From contig JANQOB010000020.1 in NCBI GenBank assembly GCA_028279275.1, positions 1,890-65,889 of the forward strand: a stretch of 64,000 nt of DNA, written 5' to 3'. This document shows, in pieces, positions 1 to 10,471 of this stretch. A program made the translations under genes and the position numbers. Source of the DNA: Gammaproteobacteria bacterium (GTDB taxonomy: Bacteria > Pseudomonadota > Gammaproteobacteria > UBA4575). How positions within the stretch are numbered: the first letter of the stretch is position 1; each line of letters begins with the position of its first letter. Below the pieces are notes generated by a model, which saw nothing but the letters and a program-made list of their open reading frames with translations, was not told the origin of the DNA and made no database searches.

Positions 1-395
1 ATCCAGATGCCGTCGCTAATGGTGATTACGATGATGCAGATAACAATGCTGCAATTAATTGTACTAACGTTACGAATGATCCTGCGCATGTATCCAATCC
101 AGCACCAGCATGTTCTGGTACAGAAGTTTGTACTGTCACACAATTAGCACAACTCGATGTATTTAGAGCAAAGTGCGGACAGTTCTTAGCAGGCACCGGT
201 GCACTTGTTGGTGGTGCAGCAAATTTATTACCTAATGGAACACTGGCAATAACATGTACAGATTCTAGCGTAGGTGTAGCACCGGCATGCGAAGGGGATA
301 ACACACGTACGGTAACCGTTAGTTGGCAAGATCCGGATCAAAAAGGCAATGCTGGAGCTACATTGCAAGTTCAAGTTAATGCGAGATTCTTATGA
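1..395 (+). CDS. pilV: Type IV pilus modification protein PilV, C-terminal part (truncated by the window start)
   Basis: Frame open from position 3 (PDAVANGDY...CTVTQLAQLD...LLPNG...VTVSWQD...ARFL*). Its TGA at 393-395 overlaps the pilW ATG (ATGA), and its position before pilW-X-Y1 fits. Confidence 0.8.
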   Translation, partial: PDAVANGDYDDADNNAAINCTNVTNDPAHVSNPAPACSGTEVCTVTQLAQLDVFRAKCGQFLAGTGALVGGAANLLPNGTLAITCTDSSVGVAPACEGDNTRTVTVSWQDPDQKGNAGATLQVQVNARFL

Positions 396-1171
396 ATATG
401 ACTAATGTAAATTTACATAAACAATTTGGTCTCTCAATTGTTGAATTGATGATCGCATTAGTATTGTCACTAGTCGTAATGTTAATCACGACAAGCATCT
501 ACGTCAGTAATAAACAAACATATCGATTTTTGGATCAATATAGTTTGCTACAAGAAAATGGACGCTTTGCAATATTCTTTTTACGTGAACATATATTGCA
601 GGCAGGTTTTCCACGCCAGTCAAATGTTGATCCGTTTCCTGTAGTGCCGGGCAACAATACGGGCACAAATGGAAGTGACACGATTACTGTGCAATTTAGA
701 TCTGCAGTAGATTGTTTAAATGATGTACCTGCTGGTGCATTACCTCTACGGCTTACACAAAATACTTTTCAACTTGGTGATTTAGACGCAGATGGAGTAA
801 TCGAATTGACATGCAATGGTAATGGGCTTGTTGGTGGCGTAGACCAACCTGCACAACCCCTAGTGGATGGCATTGTAAATCTACAGGCTGAATACGGTGT
901 AGACACCGATGCGGATGGAATTGCAAACACCTATGCAAATTCTGCTGTCGTGCAAGCAGGAACAATTGGTGGCGCTGGCCCGGATTGGAACAACGTTGTT
1001 TCTATGCGTGTTGCAGTACTTGTTGAAGGGGAGCCCAATACATTAGATCAAGCGCAGTCGATTACTTATAGCTTACTAGGTCAACCAGTAACTCCAGCTG
1101 CAGACCGTACTCCACGACGTGTTTTTACAACAACCATTCCTTTGCGTAATCGCAATAAAACAATTATTTAG
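392..1171 (+). CDS. pilW: Type IV minor pilin PilW
   Basis: Prepilin cleavage motif QFG/LSIVELMIAL, LQENGRFA motif, and C-terminal LVDGIVNLQAEYGVD...VVSMRVAVL...FTTTIPLRN. Confidence 0.9.
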   Translation: MNMTNVNLHKQFGLSIVELMIALVLSLVVMLITTSIYVSNKQTYRFLDQYSLLQENGRFAIFFLREHILQAGFPRQSNVDPFPVVPGNNTGTNGSDTITVQFRSAVDCLNDVPAGALPLRLTQNTFQLGDLDADGVIELTCNGNGLVGGVDQPAQPLVDGIVNLQAEYGVDTDADGIANTYANSAVVQAGTIGGAGPDWNNVVSMRVAVLVEGEPNTLDQAQSITYSLLGQPVTPAADRTPRRVFTTTIPLRNRNKTII

Positions 1172-1696
1172 GTGGCAATTATGATGAATTCAATTAGTAA
1201 TCAAAATGGTGTTGTATTAGTTGTTGGTTTGTTGATGTTGCTTGTTATTACGGTCGTAGGCGTAACGGCGATGAGTGATACAGCGATGAATGAAAGAATG
1301 ACCTCAAACCACCAATTTCAAACCTTAAGTTTTCAAGCAGCGGAATCAGCCATTCGTGATAATTTTGATATCGCCTCCGTCTCGCCTTCTGTTACAGCAG
1401 TGAATTGGTTTGTTGATCCAGCGCCTACAAATTATAACGTAGATATTCAAAGCGGTACTCCTCTGGGAGTACAAGCAGACGCAAGCATTCAATTTTGTGG
1501 AGAAGAATTACCTATAGGCTCAGGATTTTGCAATGGTCTCGCAGGAGGCTGTGATATTGATCAGGTTTTTGATGTAAGAGGTGAAGGACGAGTAAGTTCA
1601 CTCGGAACTCAAGAGCAACATATGCGTAGAGGAGCACGTGCCATGCTTAGTGCAGGATTAGCATTTGATACAACAAAATGTGATCAGGTGCCATAG
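1172..1696 (+). CDS. pilX: Type IV minor pilin PilX (start may be ATG 1181)
   Basis: QNG/VVLVVGLLMLLVIT lacking Glu5, plus the SFQAAESAI motif typical of the PilX N-terminus; operon position fits. Confidence 0.88.
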   Translation: MAIMMNSISNQNGVVLVVGLLMLLVITVVGVTAMSDTAMNERMTSNHQFQTLSFQAAESAIRDNFDIASVSPSVTAVNWFVDPAPTNYNVDIQSGTPLGVQADASIQFCGEELPIGSGFCNGLAGGCDIDQVFDVRGEGRVSSLGTQEQHMRRGARAMLSAGLAFDTTKCDQVP

Positions 1697-1742
1697 ATCA
1701 AAAAAAGGATTTTAAGGTTATTTTTTTAAAGAGAGCTAGATA

Positions 1743-4700
1743 ATGAGTATGTTAGTAAGAAAGTTACATGTTGTTCTGTTTGTAAGTCTGACAACATTTA
1801 TTGTAAGTAGCACACAAACATTTGCAGAAGATATAGAGATTTATAACAGTACGCAAAAAGTTCCAAACGTTCTTTTTATCATCGATTCTTCTGGAAGTAT
1901 GGATGATGATATTAACGGAGATGATCCGAGTTCTACGGGACTTCCATCGAAATGGAGTTTAGTCACTACTGCTTTAGATGGAATTTTGTCTGAAAGTTAT
2001 TCCAACTTAAATGTTGGGTTTATGAATTTTGCCGGTGATAATGGTCGAGGCGTTGATTTTCCAGTGGCTGATATTAACGGGTCTGCTAAATCTGTAGAGC
2101 CATCTGTTTCAGATCCTAATGAATCCTACTCAAGTTTGTTGCGACGATTCATCACTAATCTTCCCGCTCCTGATGATAGTACACCAATAACTCAGTCCTT
2201 GTATGAAGCGGCTCTCTACTATAGAGGTGAAAACGTTGATTATGGAGCACAAAACCCTGGAACCTGGAATGATGCAAATTCTGAATATACGGGAGCACAT
2301 GTAGAAGCTGCTGGGCCGCGCACTTATTCTGGCGGCACTTGGAACGGTTCGGGTTTTACGGGAACGCCAAGATACAACTCACCCATAGGCGTGTGTACGG
2401 AAAATTACATTGTACTTCTATCTGACGGTATACCGAGGAGACATGACGACGATGTAAAAGATTACATTAAAGAACTGTACGATCCAGATAAAAGCGATTG
2501 TAATGACATCTCGGATATTTTCTCAGATGATGATGATGTAGAAGATGGAGAATGCGCAGAGGATCTTACCTATTATTTGAAAAACTTTGATCAAAGTTCT
2601 ATTGCTGGTACCCAGACTGTTACAACTTATACTATCGGATTTGCTTTAGCTAACGATACTGAGACAAAAGAATATATGGAGAGTCTTGCAACGGCTGACC
2701 AAAATGGATTTTATGATGCAGGAAATAGTAGTCAGCTTGTGACCAGCTTTAAACAAATTGTAGACGATATTATTGAAAATCGACCAAGGGCAATGGCGAG
2801 AGTTGGTACGACATTTGATTTAACATCGCTTTCATCCAGTAGGGACGAAATATATGTACCTCTATTTAATGCAGAGCCTAACTTTCCACGTTGGCAAGGA
2901 AACTTAAAAGGTTATACTTTCGATGCTTCAGGAGAATTAAAAGGATTGAATGGTAATTCTGCTCTTGTAACCGATGCCAACGGTAATGTTGTCTTTAACG
3001 ATGCATCTACAAGTTACTGGTCTACAGCGCAAGATGGAGAAAGTGTAGCGCTTGGCGGTGTGGCGAGTCGTCTGAATGCAACGACAAGAAATGCTTTCAC
3101 GGACGATGGTCCGGGAACATCGCGAACATTACAGTCATTGGACACAGCAAACACGTCTTTAACTGGTAACCCCGCAATATTTGGTTTACCAGGTTCTACG
3201 CCTGCAGCGGATATACAAAAGCTGATCTCTTGGACACGCGGCTTTGATGTGTATGATGAGGACGGAGATCTCGATATCACCGAGCAACGCAACTTCATTG
3301 GTGACGCATTGCATACAGCCCCTATAGTTGCAAGCTATGACGGTAACGATACAGATTCGATGCTAACGGGTTCACCTGCTATTGAACGTGTTGCGTACTT
3401 CATGACAAACGAAGGGTTTTTACATGCGATCAACGTTACCGGTAATACTTCAAGCGACGGCGGCAACGAATTGTTTGCCTATATGCCAAGCGATCTGCTG
3501 GATAACTTAGTAACATTACAAAACAATGCAGTAGGCGGTTCAAAAGTATATGGATTAGATGGTCCACTAGTGCTATACCAAGTAGGTGGTCCTACCAATG
3601 TGGCCGGTGACAAATACCTGTATTTTGGTATGCGTCGCGGTGGTATGAATTACTATGCTATGAATGTAAGTAATCCTAACGCTCCCACATTAATGTGGAC
3701 CATTGAGGGCGGCAGCGGTGATTTTCAAGAACTTGCACAGACTTGGTCATCTCCGATCGTTACAAAAGTTATGTATGACGGAGCTGAAAGACTCGTATTA
3801 GTGCTCGGTGGTGGTTACGATACCATTCAAGATACGGCAACAGTACCTACACCAGATACTCAGGGTAGAGCAATCTATGTTGTGGATGCTGTTACAGGAC
3901 AGAAACTTTGGTCAGCGGGACCTAGTGGCAGTCCCGATACACATACATTAAATCTCTCACTTACAAATGGTATTGCCGGAGATGTTTCGGCTATCGATTT
4001 GGATAATGACAGCATTACAGACCGCTTATATTTTGGAGATTTGGGTGGTCATGTTTGGCGTATTGACTTTCAAGGAGACCTAAAAACGGGAACTGCGGGT
4101 TTAGCGAATGACTACTCCGGATATATGCTTGCAGACTTGCAAGGTAATGATGCGGCCAATACCCGGCGCTTCTTTTCCAGACCGGTTGCTGCGCGTACAG
4201 AAAACGGAAAACTAGCGGTCACAATTGGTTCTGGGCATCGCTCACACCCATTGGACTCAACCGTACAGAATCGCTTCTACACGATATACGATCCGAATAT
4301 CAGTGGCGTACCTACTACCGTGCCGAGTCCAATAACCGAGAGTGATTTACAGAATATCACTGATTTTACTACAGGGTATACGGACTCATCTAAAAGCGGA
4401 TGGAAAATCAATTTAGGTACGGGTGAAAAAATATTTAATGAAGCTTTAGTGTTACGTGGTGAAGTATTTTTCACAACCTATATTCCACCCGTTGTGCTTT
4501 GCGAAGATGTACCAAATGGATCACGCTTGTTCGCCGTTGATCTTGAGGGGAAAATTACAAGAAACTTGGATGGAGATATTACAAATGGTGATGAAGCCTA
4601 CGTTAATATTCTTAACTTTGGGATTCTTCCTAAGTTATCTCTGCATTATGGTGGTGCCGGACAAGTAAATGGAATTTTCCTGCCAAACTTTAAGAATATC

Positions 4701-4748
4701 TATAGCTTGAACAAGCTGGAGGATCGTTTCTGGACGAACAATCCTTAA
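1743..4748 (+). CDS. pilY1: Type IV pilus tip adhesin PilY1/PilC (vWA domain plus beta-propeller)
   Basis: Signal peptide, vWA MIDAS motif FIIDSSGSM, propeller motifs WQGNLK, NELFAYMP, YGLDG and QTWSSP, and Ca-binding loop DLDNDSITD. Confidence 0.92.
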   Translation: MSMLVRKLHVVLFVSLTTFIVSSTQTFAEDIEIYNSTQKVPNVLFIIDSSGSMDDDINGDDPSSTGLPSKWSLVTTALDGILSESYSNLNVGFMNFAGDNGRGVDFPVADINGSAKSVEPSVSDPNESYSSLLRRFITNLPAPDDSTPITQSLYEAALYYRGENVDYGAQNPGTWNDANSEYTGAHVEAAGPRTYSGGTWNGSGFTGTPRYNSPIGVCTENYIVLLSDGIPRRHDDDVKDYIKELYDPDKSDCNDISDIFSDDDDVEDGECAEDLTYYLKNFDQSSIAGTQTVTTYTIGFALANDTETKEYMESLATADQNGFYDAGNSSQLVTSFKQIVDDIIENRPRAMARVGTTFDLTSLSSSRDEIYVPLFNAEPNFPRWQGNLKGYTFDASGELKGLNGNSALVTDANGNVVFNDASTSYWSTAQDGESVALGGVASRLNATTRNAFTDDGPGTSRTLQSLDTANTSLTGNPAIFGLPGSTPAADIQKLISWTRGFDVYDEDGDLDITEQRNFIGDALHTAPIVASYDGNDTDSMLTGSPAIERVAYFMTNEGFLHAINVTGNTSSDGGNELFAYMPSDLLDNLVTLQNNAVGGSKVYGLDGPLVLYQVGGPTNVAGDKYLYFGMRRGGMNYYAMNVSNPNAPTLMWTIEGGSGDFQELAQTWSSPIVTKVMYDGAERLVLVLGGGYDTIQDTATVPTPDTQGRAIYVVDAVTGQKLWSAGPSGSPDTHTLNLSLTNGIAGDVSAIDLDNDSITDRLYFGDLGGHVWRIDFQGDLKTGTAGLANDYSGYMLADLQGNDAANTRRFFSRPVAARTENGKLAVTIGSGHRSHPLDSTVQNRFYTIYDPNISGVPTTVPSPITESDLQNITDFTTGYTDSSKSGWKINLGTGEKIFNEALVLRGEVFFTTYIPPVVLCEDVPNGSRLFAVDLEGKITRNLDGDITNGDEAYVNILNFGILPKLSLHYGGAGQVNGIFLPNFKNIYSLNKLEDRFWTNNP

Positions 4749-4768
4749 ATTAAACTTTACTTTTAGTT

Positions 4769-4800
4769 AAAAAAAACGCCGCAACTGCGGCGTTTTTTTT
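4769..4800. terminator. Bidirectional intrinsic terminator
   Basis: A8-CGCCGCA-AC-TGCGGCG-T8 between convergent genes. Confidence 0.9.
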
Positions 4801-4816
4801 GAATAAGTATTTTTAA

Positions 4817-5458
4817 TTAATTATATTTCTTTGCGTATTCTTCATATGAACCATGAAAGCCCATATGATCTTTTTTATTAAAAGGGTCAGAACTATTTTT
4901 TTTCATTGGAGTTTGAGCGCCATCACCGTATTTCGATAGGTATTCATCTATTCCACCTTGATAGGCTCCCCCACTCGTTGAGCTGCCGTGTGATTGGTTG
5001 TTGGTTTTAGCTAGGTACTCTTCCATACTCATCGAGCTTGCGCTAGGAGTTGATGGCTTTTTATTTGAGTTTATTAGTGTGGGTTTTTTGCCAGTTAAAT
5101 ACTCTTCAATGCTTCCAGAAAAACCTTGGTGTAGTGTTACGTTTGCTATCAGTTGTTGACTGCGTTCATGAGCTGATTGTGCAAGGTATTCATTTATACT
5201 CATAGAAGTTGCTTCATATTCTTGTGAGTTTGAAGAAGAGCTTGGCTTAGATGCCGTTTGTTTTGTAGTGCTACTACTTGTTGCTTTAGCAGGCTTGGTA
5301 GTAGTAGGTTCTTGCTGGGTACTCGCTTGTTGGTTAGAGGCTTCAGCAGAATTTTCTGCAGCAAGCCTTCTACGGTCATCAATATAAAATCCTGCAATAA
5401 CACCAAAAATAAATATGCCAACAATGGGCCAAATAATTTTTTCAGATAGTGCGGCCAT
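4817..5458 (-). CDS. Membrane-anchored low-complexity protein with five (S/G)x(E/D/N)EY(L/A) repeats
   Basis: N-terminal TM helix, S/T/K/Q-rich linkers and a repeated short motif; GAGG SD upstream. Confidence 0.8.
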   Translation of the reverse strand: MAALSEKIIWPIVGIFIFGVIAGFYIDDRRRLAAENSAEASNQQASTQQEPTTTKPAKATSSSTTKQTASKPSSSSNSQEYEATSMSINEYLAQSAHERSQQLIANVTLHQGFSGSIEEYLTGKKPTLINSNKKPSTPSASSMSMEEYLAKTNNQSHGSSTSGGAYQGGIDEYLSKYGDGAQTPMKKNSSDPFNKKDHMGFHGSYEEYAKKYN

Positions 5459-5626
5459 GGTGCTAACCTCGTTATGGTAATGACTAGATTGATGGTAAAT
5501 CTAGTTGTTTCTTATAAGTAAAATAGTTTGGTTGAATTTTAAAACATATTCATTGCCGGTTATAGCTAGAATTGAAATTTTCTCGGAGAAAGCATCGAGC
5601 ACAGTTTTTTTAAACATAAGCTAACT

Positions 5627-6691
5627 ATGCAAGACATCATTCATATTGATATGGACGCATTTTATGCGGCGGTGGAGCAAAGAGATTTTCCACAATACCG
5701 TAACAAACCTGTGGTTGTCGGTGGTGATCCTGAAAAACGTGGTGTTGTGGCAACTTGTAGTTACGAAGCACGTAAGTTTGGTATCCATTCTGCTATGGCG
5801 TGCGCGCGTGCGCAGCGTTTATGTCCGAAAGCAATTTTTGTACGACCAAGATTTGAAGTATACCGACAAATATCGCAACAAATTCGCGACATCATGTTTA
5901 GCTACACTGATTTAGTTGAACCACTTTCTTTAGATGAAGCGTATTTAGATGTTACGCACTGTAAGCGTAGTTTTGGGTCACCTACATTGGTGGCTAAGGC
6001 AATTAAAAATGAAATATTCCAAACAACAGGACTCACGGCATCAGCAGGTGTTTCGTATAACAAATTTATTGCCAAAATTGCATCGGATATGGATAAACCC
6101 AATGGACTGACATTGATCACAGAGAAACAGGGCCCTGAGTTTGTAAAACAATTACCGATTGGAAAGTTTCATGGTATTGGGCCTGCAACAGAAACCAAAA
6201 TGCAAGATTTAGGAATTTACACTGGCGAAGATTTGCTTGCATGGAGTATTGATGAGTTGAAAGCGATTTTTGGCAAAGTGAGCGAATATTATTATTACGC
6301 GGCCCGAGGAGTTGACCGACGTGAAGTAATGAGTCATCGACAACGAAAGTCGATTGGTTCAGAACAAACATTTAGTGAAGATATAAAAGATGAGAAAGAA
6401 ATGTTAGCTAAGCTACAAGAGCTGGCAACTGAGGTATGGCAGGATATGCATACAAAAAATATATGTGGTCGAACCATTACCGTAAAAGTTAAGTTCGATA
6501 ATTTTGTTCAAGTTACCCGAGCCGCGACATTAGCGGGTAATATCAGCAGACTTGAAGATATTTCGGGTCAACTAGAAGAGTTACTCAATAAGGCCGAGGT
6601 TAGAGGCAGACATGTGCGCCTATTAGGAGTAGCAGTGTCTAAATTAACCACAAAGGAAGGTGTTGACGAAGAACAACTTACTCTCCTATAG
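5627..6691 (+). CDS. dinB: DNA polymerase IV
   Basis: IIHIDMDAFYAAVE, CSYEARKFG, SLDEAYLD, KIASDMDKPNG and VRLLGV motifs. Confidence 0.97.
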   Translation: MQDIIHIDMDAFYAAVEQRDFPQYRNKPVVVGGDPEKRGVVATCSYEARKFGIHSAMACARAQRLCPKAIFVRPRFEVYRQISQQIRDIMFSYTDLVEPLSLDEAYLDVTHCKRSFGSPTLVAKAIKNEIFQTTGLTASAGVSYNKFIAKIASDMDKPNGLTLITEKQGPEFVKQLPIGKFHGIGPATETKMQDLGIYTGEDLLAWSIDELKAIFGKVSEYYYYAARGVDRREVMSHRQRKSIGSEQTFSEDIKDEKEMLAKLQELATEVWQDMHTKNICGRTITVKVKFDNFVQVTRAATLAGNISRLEDISGQLEELLNKAEVRGRHVRLLGVAVSKLTTKEGVDEEQLTLL

Positions 6692-6924
6692 AGGCTTATC
6701 CTTGAATGTTCTTTTTTACACTTAAATACCTTACATATTATGCAGGTATAGTCCATTAAGCTACTAGCAACGTAGGTATGCCTTATATATTGTAGACAAT
6801 GAGGCCTTGTAGTAATGTTTAACTTAAAGGAAGTGACTCATTATATATATATGTCACATGATCAACCTGCTCGTTCATCGCCAGCAAAACCTTAGCGAAT
6901 CTAGAGTAGTGGAGGAGATTCAAA

Positions 6925-9219
6925 ATGCAGACCGATAAAATTAAAGCGCCGGAAGGCCATTCCATTCACCATGTTACCTGCCCTCATGATTGTCCAGATT
7001 CATGTTCCATGCTGGTAACTCGCGATGATTCCACAGGGAAAGCCGTCCGTGTACAAGGTGATCCGACGCATCCCATCACTCGTGGTTATTTATGTAATAA
7101 AGTGAATCACTATCTTGATTTAGTCTATAACGACAATCGAGTTTTATATCCACACAAGCGCGTGGGCCCCAAAGGTCCTGGTGCAAAGTTTGAGCGCATC
7201 ACATGGGACGAAGCTCTGGATGCTATCACTGATAACTTTAAAGAGACGATCGAAAAATACGGGCCTGAAGCCGTACAGCCTTATTCTTATTCAGGAACAA
7301 TGGGCATGGTGGGTTATTGGACCATGGACTATCGTTTCTGGAATAAGATGCAAGCCGCAGGTTTAGTTCAATCAATTTGTATTTATGCTGCCATGTGGGC
7401 TGACTTGCATACCTATGGTTTGGCTCATCCCAATATGTCTGTGCATGAAGCTGCACAAGAAGCAGATTTAATGATTCTGTGGGGAGCTAATTTAGTAAGT
7501 ACTGGAGTTCATGCAATTCCATTTATTCGTGAAGCCAGAGAGCGTGGTATGAAGTTGATCGTGATAGATCCTCGAGTCACACGTACCACCATGATGGCGG
7601 ATTGGCACATACAACCTAAGCCCGGTACTGACGCTGCGTTAGCACTGGGTATGATGAAAGTCATCGTTGATGCAGGTAAACATGATTTAGAGTTTCTTAA
7701 AGAACAAACCAATGGTTGGGAAGCATTAATTGAAACTAAACTTCCTGACTATCCATTAGATAAAGTTGAAAAAATAACGGGTGTTCCTGCGGCAGACATT
7801 GAAAAACTAGCATTGGAATATGCATCAACGAAGAAATCATGTATTCGTGCAAACTATGGATTAAATCGTCACCAAAATGCTGGGCAAATGTGTCGAGCCG
7901 TTTTGATTCTTCCATGCATAACAGGTGCATTGCGCGAAAAATGTGGTGGTGCAAGTTTTGGCACCTTGAATGAGATGTGGTTCCGTTGCATGAGTGATGC
8001 ATTGCATCGCCCTGATCTAGGCACTCGTGGACGTGCCGTTAATATGGTGCAGATTGGACGTGCTTTATCGGAAAACATTGGTCCAGATGGCGAACAAATG
8101 GATCCACCAATTAAAAGTATCTTTGTTTACAACTCAGATCCTGCAAACTGTGCACCAAACACCAATGCAGTGCGCAATGGTTTTATGCGTGATGATTTAT
8201 TTGTTGCCGTACATGAAACTTTCTGGACCGACACCTGCAACTACGCAGACATTGTTATTCCTGCTGATACACAACTAGAACGTATGGATATGGTGGCTAC
8301 CTACGGAAATTGGTATTTCACTATGAATAAACCCGTAATCGAGCCGCTCGGTGAGAGTGTACGTAACTCCGAGTTATTCCGAATGCTAGCTAAAAAAATG
8401 GGCTATGTTGAAGAAGGAGATAATGCGTTTACTCAAACGGATGAAGAAATCATACGTGATATCTTGTGTGACAAGGGTGAGTCAAACTTGCTAATGGAAG
8501 GTATCAAATACGAAGATTTTGACAATGTTGGGTTTGTGCGTGCCAATACTGCAACCGATAGTCGTGATTGGATGAAAAATGGCTGGCCAACACCTTCAGG
8601 TAAAATTGACATCTGGTGTGAAGCGCTTAAAGAAGAAGGTGTGGATCCATTACCTACTTATGTGCCTGAAATTGAAGGTCAAGAAGATCCTAAGCGTAAA
8701 AAATATCCATTGCAGGTATTGAGTAGTGCATCGCATTACTTTATTGGTGATTCATTCCAGTCTGTCCCACGCTTGCAAGCGATGATGTCTAGACCCACGG
8801 TCGAACTTAATCCAAATGAAGCTAAAAAACGCGGCTTAGAAGATGGTGACTTATGTCGCATCTATAATGATCGCGGTGAGACTTATGCCTATCTTGTAAT
8901 TATTGAAGGTCATGTAGATGGAATATGTTCTACTCAGAAGCAATTCAAAGGAAGTAACACGCCCGGTGGTGTTAACGTTAATGCTCTGAACACAGAAATG
9001 CTAACTGATTTTGGAACAAGCCCAACTTTTTATTCTTGCTTAGCTGAAGTTGAGAAAGCCAGTGAAGATATGCGCAAGCAAGCATTGTTAAAAGAGTGGG
9101 GAGGTAAAAAAGGCTATATTCAAAAGTGGCGCGAAGACCCACGTAATCAAGGTGTAGAAGCAAGTGATGATGAAATTATCGCGTTTGCAGAAAAGCAACA
9201 CCCAGGAGTATTTAGCTAA
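6925..9219 (+). CDS. Cytoplasmic DMSO-reductase-family molybdopterin oxidoreductase of an uncharacterised (MopB_3-like) clade
   Basis: N-terminal [4Fe-4S] motif CPHDCPDSC...GYLCNK, then WGAN, VIDP, PGTDAALALG and TPSGKI, with a C-terminal molybdopterin-dinucleotide domain. No Tat signal. GGAGGAG SD. Confidence 0.9.
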   Translation: MQTDKIKAPEGHSIHHVTCPHDCPDSCSMLVTRDDSTGKAVRVQGDPTHPITRGYLCNKVNHYLDLVYNDNRVLYPHKRVGPKGPGAKFERITWDEALDAITDNFKETIEKYGPEAVQPYSYSGTMGMVGYWTMDYRFWNKMQAAGLVQSICIYAAMWADLHTYGLAHPNMSVHEAAQEADLMILWGANLVSTGVHAIPFIREARERGMKLIVIDPRVTRTTMMADWHIQPKPGTDAALALGMMKVIVDAGKHDLEFLKEQTNGWEALIETKLPDYPLDKVEKITGVPAADIEKLALEYASTKKSCIRANYGLNRHQNAGQMCRAVLILPCITGALREKCGGASFGTLNEMWFRCMSDALHRPDLGTRGRAVNMVQIGRALSENIGPDGEQMDPPIKSIFVYNSDPANCAPNTNAVRNGFMRDDLFVAVHETFWTDTCNYADIVIPADTQLERMDMVATYGNWYFTMNKPVIEPLGESVRNSELFRMLAKKMGYVEEGDNAFTQTDEEIIRDILCDKGESNLLMEGIKYEDFDNVGFVRANTATDSRDWMKNGWPTPSGKIDIWCEALKEEGVDPLPTYVPEIEGQEDPKRKKYPLQVLSSASHYFIGDSFQSVPRLQAMMSRPTVELNPNEAKKRGLEDGDLCRIYNDRGETYAYLVIIEGHVDGICSTQKQFKGSNTPGGVNVNALNTEMLTDFGTSPTFYSCLAEVEKASEDMRKQALLKEWGGKKGYIQKWREDPRNQGVEASDDEIIAFAEKQHPGVFS

Positions 9220-9285
9220 CGTATCACTATGTGTATCAAAATCCGTTGCTAAAAATGAAAAGGATCTAAAGAGGAGTAAAACAAA

Positions 9286-10413
9286 ATGGCGGTAGCACAA
9301 AAAAACTTTCACGACCCGTTTGATTTCTATATAAGGAAATTACCTGAACCCGACCGTGACATTCAAACAAAACGTGTAAGTGTAAATAGTGGTGTAATTA
9401 AAAGTGTTGAAAATTTAACTTATGACACATACAAAATTGTAATCCAATGCAGTGATGATGCACCTCAAATGGTTGCTACAGCAGGTCAATACGCGACTAT
9501 TAAAGTTCCTGGTTGCAGAAAACCACGTTCTTATTCATTTGCCAAAGCACCTGAAAACGAAAACCCGGATGAACATACTTTTTTTATCCGCTTAGTGCAT
9601 GGCGGAAAACTTTCAAGCTGGATTGCTGGAGGAAATCGTGAGGGTGAGCATGTAGTTATCTCTGGGCCGCTTGGGAAGTTCGCACTTGATGATAGTAATA
9701 AAACAATGGTGTGTATTGCCGGTGGTAGTGGCATGAGCGCTATTAACGCTATTGTTGAGCATGCATGTAATAAACAAGTCGAACGCGACTGTTACTTTTT
9801 TTATGGTGCAAGAACACAGGCGGACTTGTATCTACAAGAAGAGATGCAAGAAATCGAACGCAATTGGAATAAATATTTTAGTTTTAAATATATTCCGGTG
9901 TTGTCAGAGGAAGCAGAGGATAGTGATTGGGATGGACCGCGCGGGTTTGTAACAGAACATTTTAAAGATGAATACTTAAGCAAAGGTGTTGTTTCAGTAA
10001 ATGACATCAAGGCGTACTTTTGTGGCCCGCCGCCCATGATTGACCTGGGTGTTGAAACTTTACAAAATGCAGGGCTGGATGATTCAGATATTTACTTTGA
10101 TAAATTTGAAGACATACGTTCACCAGCACCAGTAATTGATAACACTAAGTGCGTACTGTGTGATGAGTGCTTAATGGTTAAACCTGTGCCAAATTGTTTG
10201 GTAGAAGCGACCAACTTTAAAACTAATGGGGGAGGTGAAGTTTCTAGTTTTGAGCGAGTCACTCCTGCTAAGACTTCAGGTTTATACTATAACTCTCTAT
10301 TCATTGATGACAATGAATGCATTCGTTGTTATGCATGCGTAGAAGCATGTCCGCATGATGCTATTTCAGCTGATTACGATAAAATACCAAAAACCCTTAG
10401 GAGAATTTCTTAG
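9286..10413 (+). CDS. FNR-type FAD/NAD(P)H oxidoreductase with C-terminal 2x[4Fe-4S] ferredoxin domain
   Basis: RSYSFA, GGKLS, GPLG, AGGSG, YGART and YFCGPPPMI motifs, followed by CVLCDEC and CIRCYACVEACP. Confidence 0.9.
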   Translation: MAVAQKNFHDPFDFYIRKLPEPDRDIQTKRVSVNSGVIKSVENLTYDTYKIVIQCSDDAPQMVATAGQYATIKVPGCRKPRSYSFAKAPENENPDEHTFFIRLVHGGKLSSWIAGGNREGEHVVISGPLGKFALDDSNKTMVCIAGGSGMSAINAIVEHACNKQVERDCYFFYGARTQADLYLQEEMQEIERNWNKYFSFKYIPVLSEEAEDSDWDGPRGFVTEHFKDEYLSKGVVSVNDIKAYFCGPPPMIDLGVETLQNAGLDDSDIYFDKFEDIRSPAPVIDNTKCVLCDECLMVKPVPNCLVEATNFKTNGGGEVSSFERVTPAKTSGLYYNSLFIDDNECIRCYACVEACPHDAISADYDKIPKTLRRIS

Positions 10414-10471
10414 CTAAAATTTACGCGGCAACTACGTGAATTGCATAATCAGTTTGTTTTGATGTTTCGTT

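Noticed and set aside
26-304. 92-aa minus-strand ORF
   Set aside because: Antisense shadow of the pilV C-terminus.
5459-5626. LexA (SOS) box upstream of dinB
   Set aside because: No CTGT-N8-ACAG match found by eye.
6692-6924. Moco riboswitch or CRP/FNR site upstream of the Mo-enzyme
   Set aside because: Only a weak GTGAC-N15-GTCAC inverted repeat around a TA run (6833-6857). The spacing does not fit CRP or FNR, and no riboswitch fold was recognisable.
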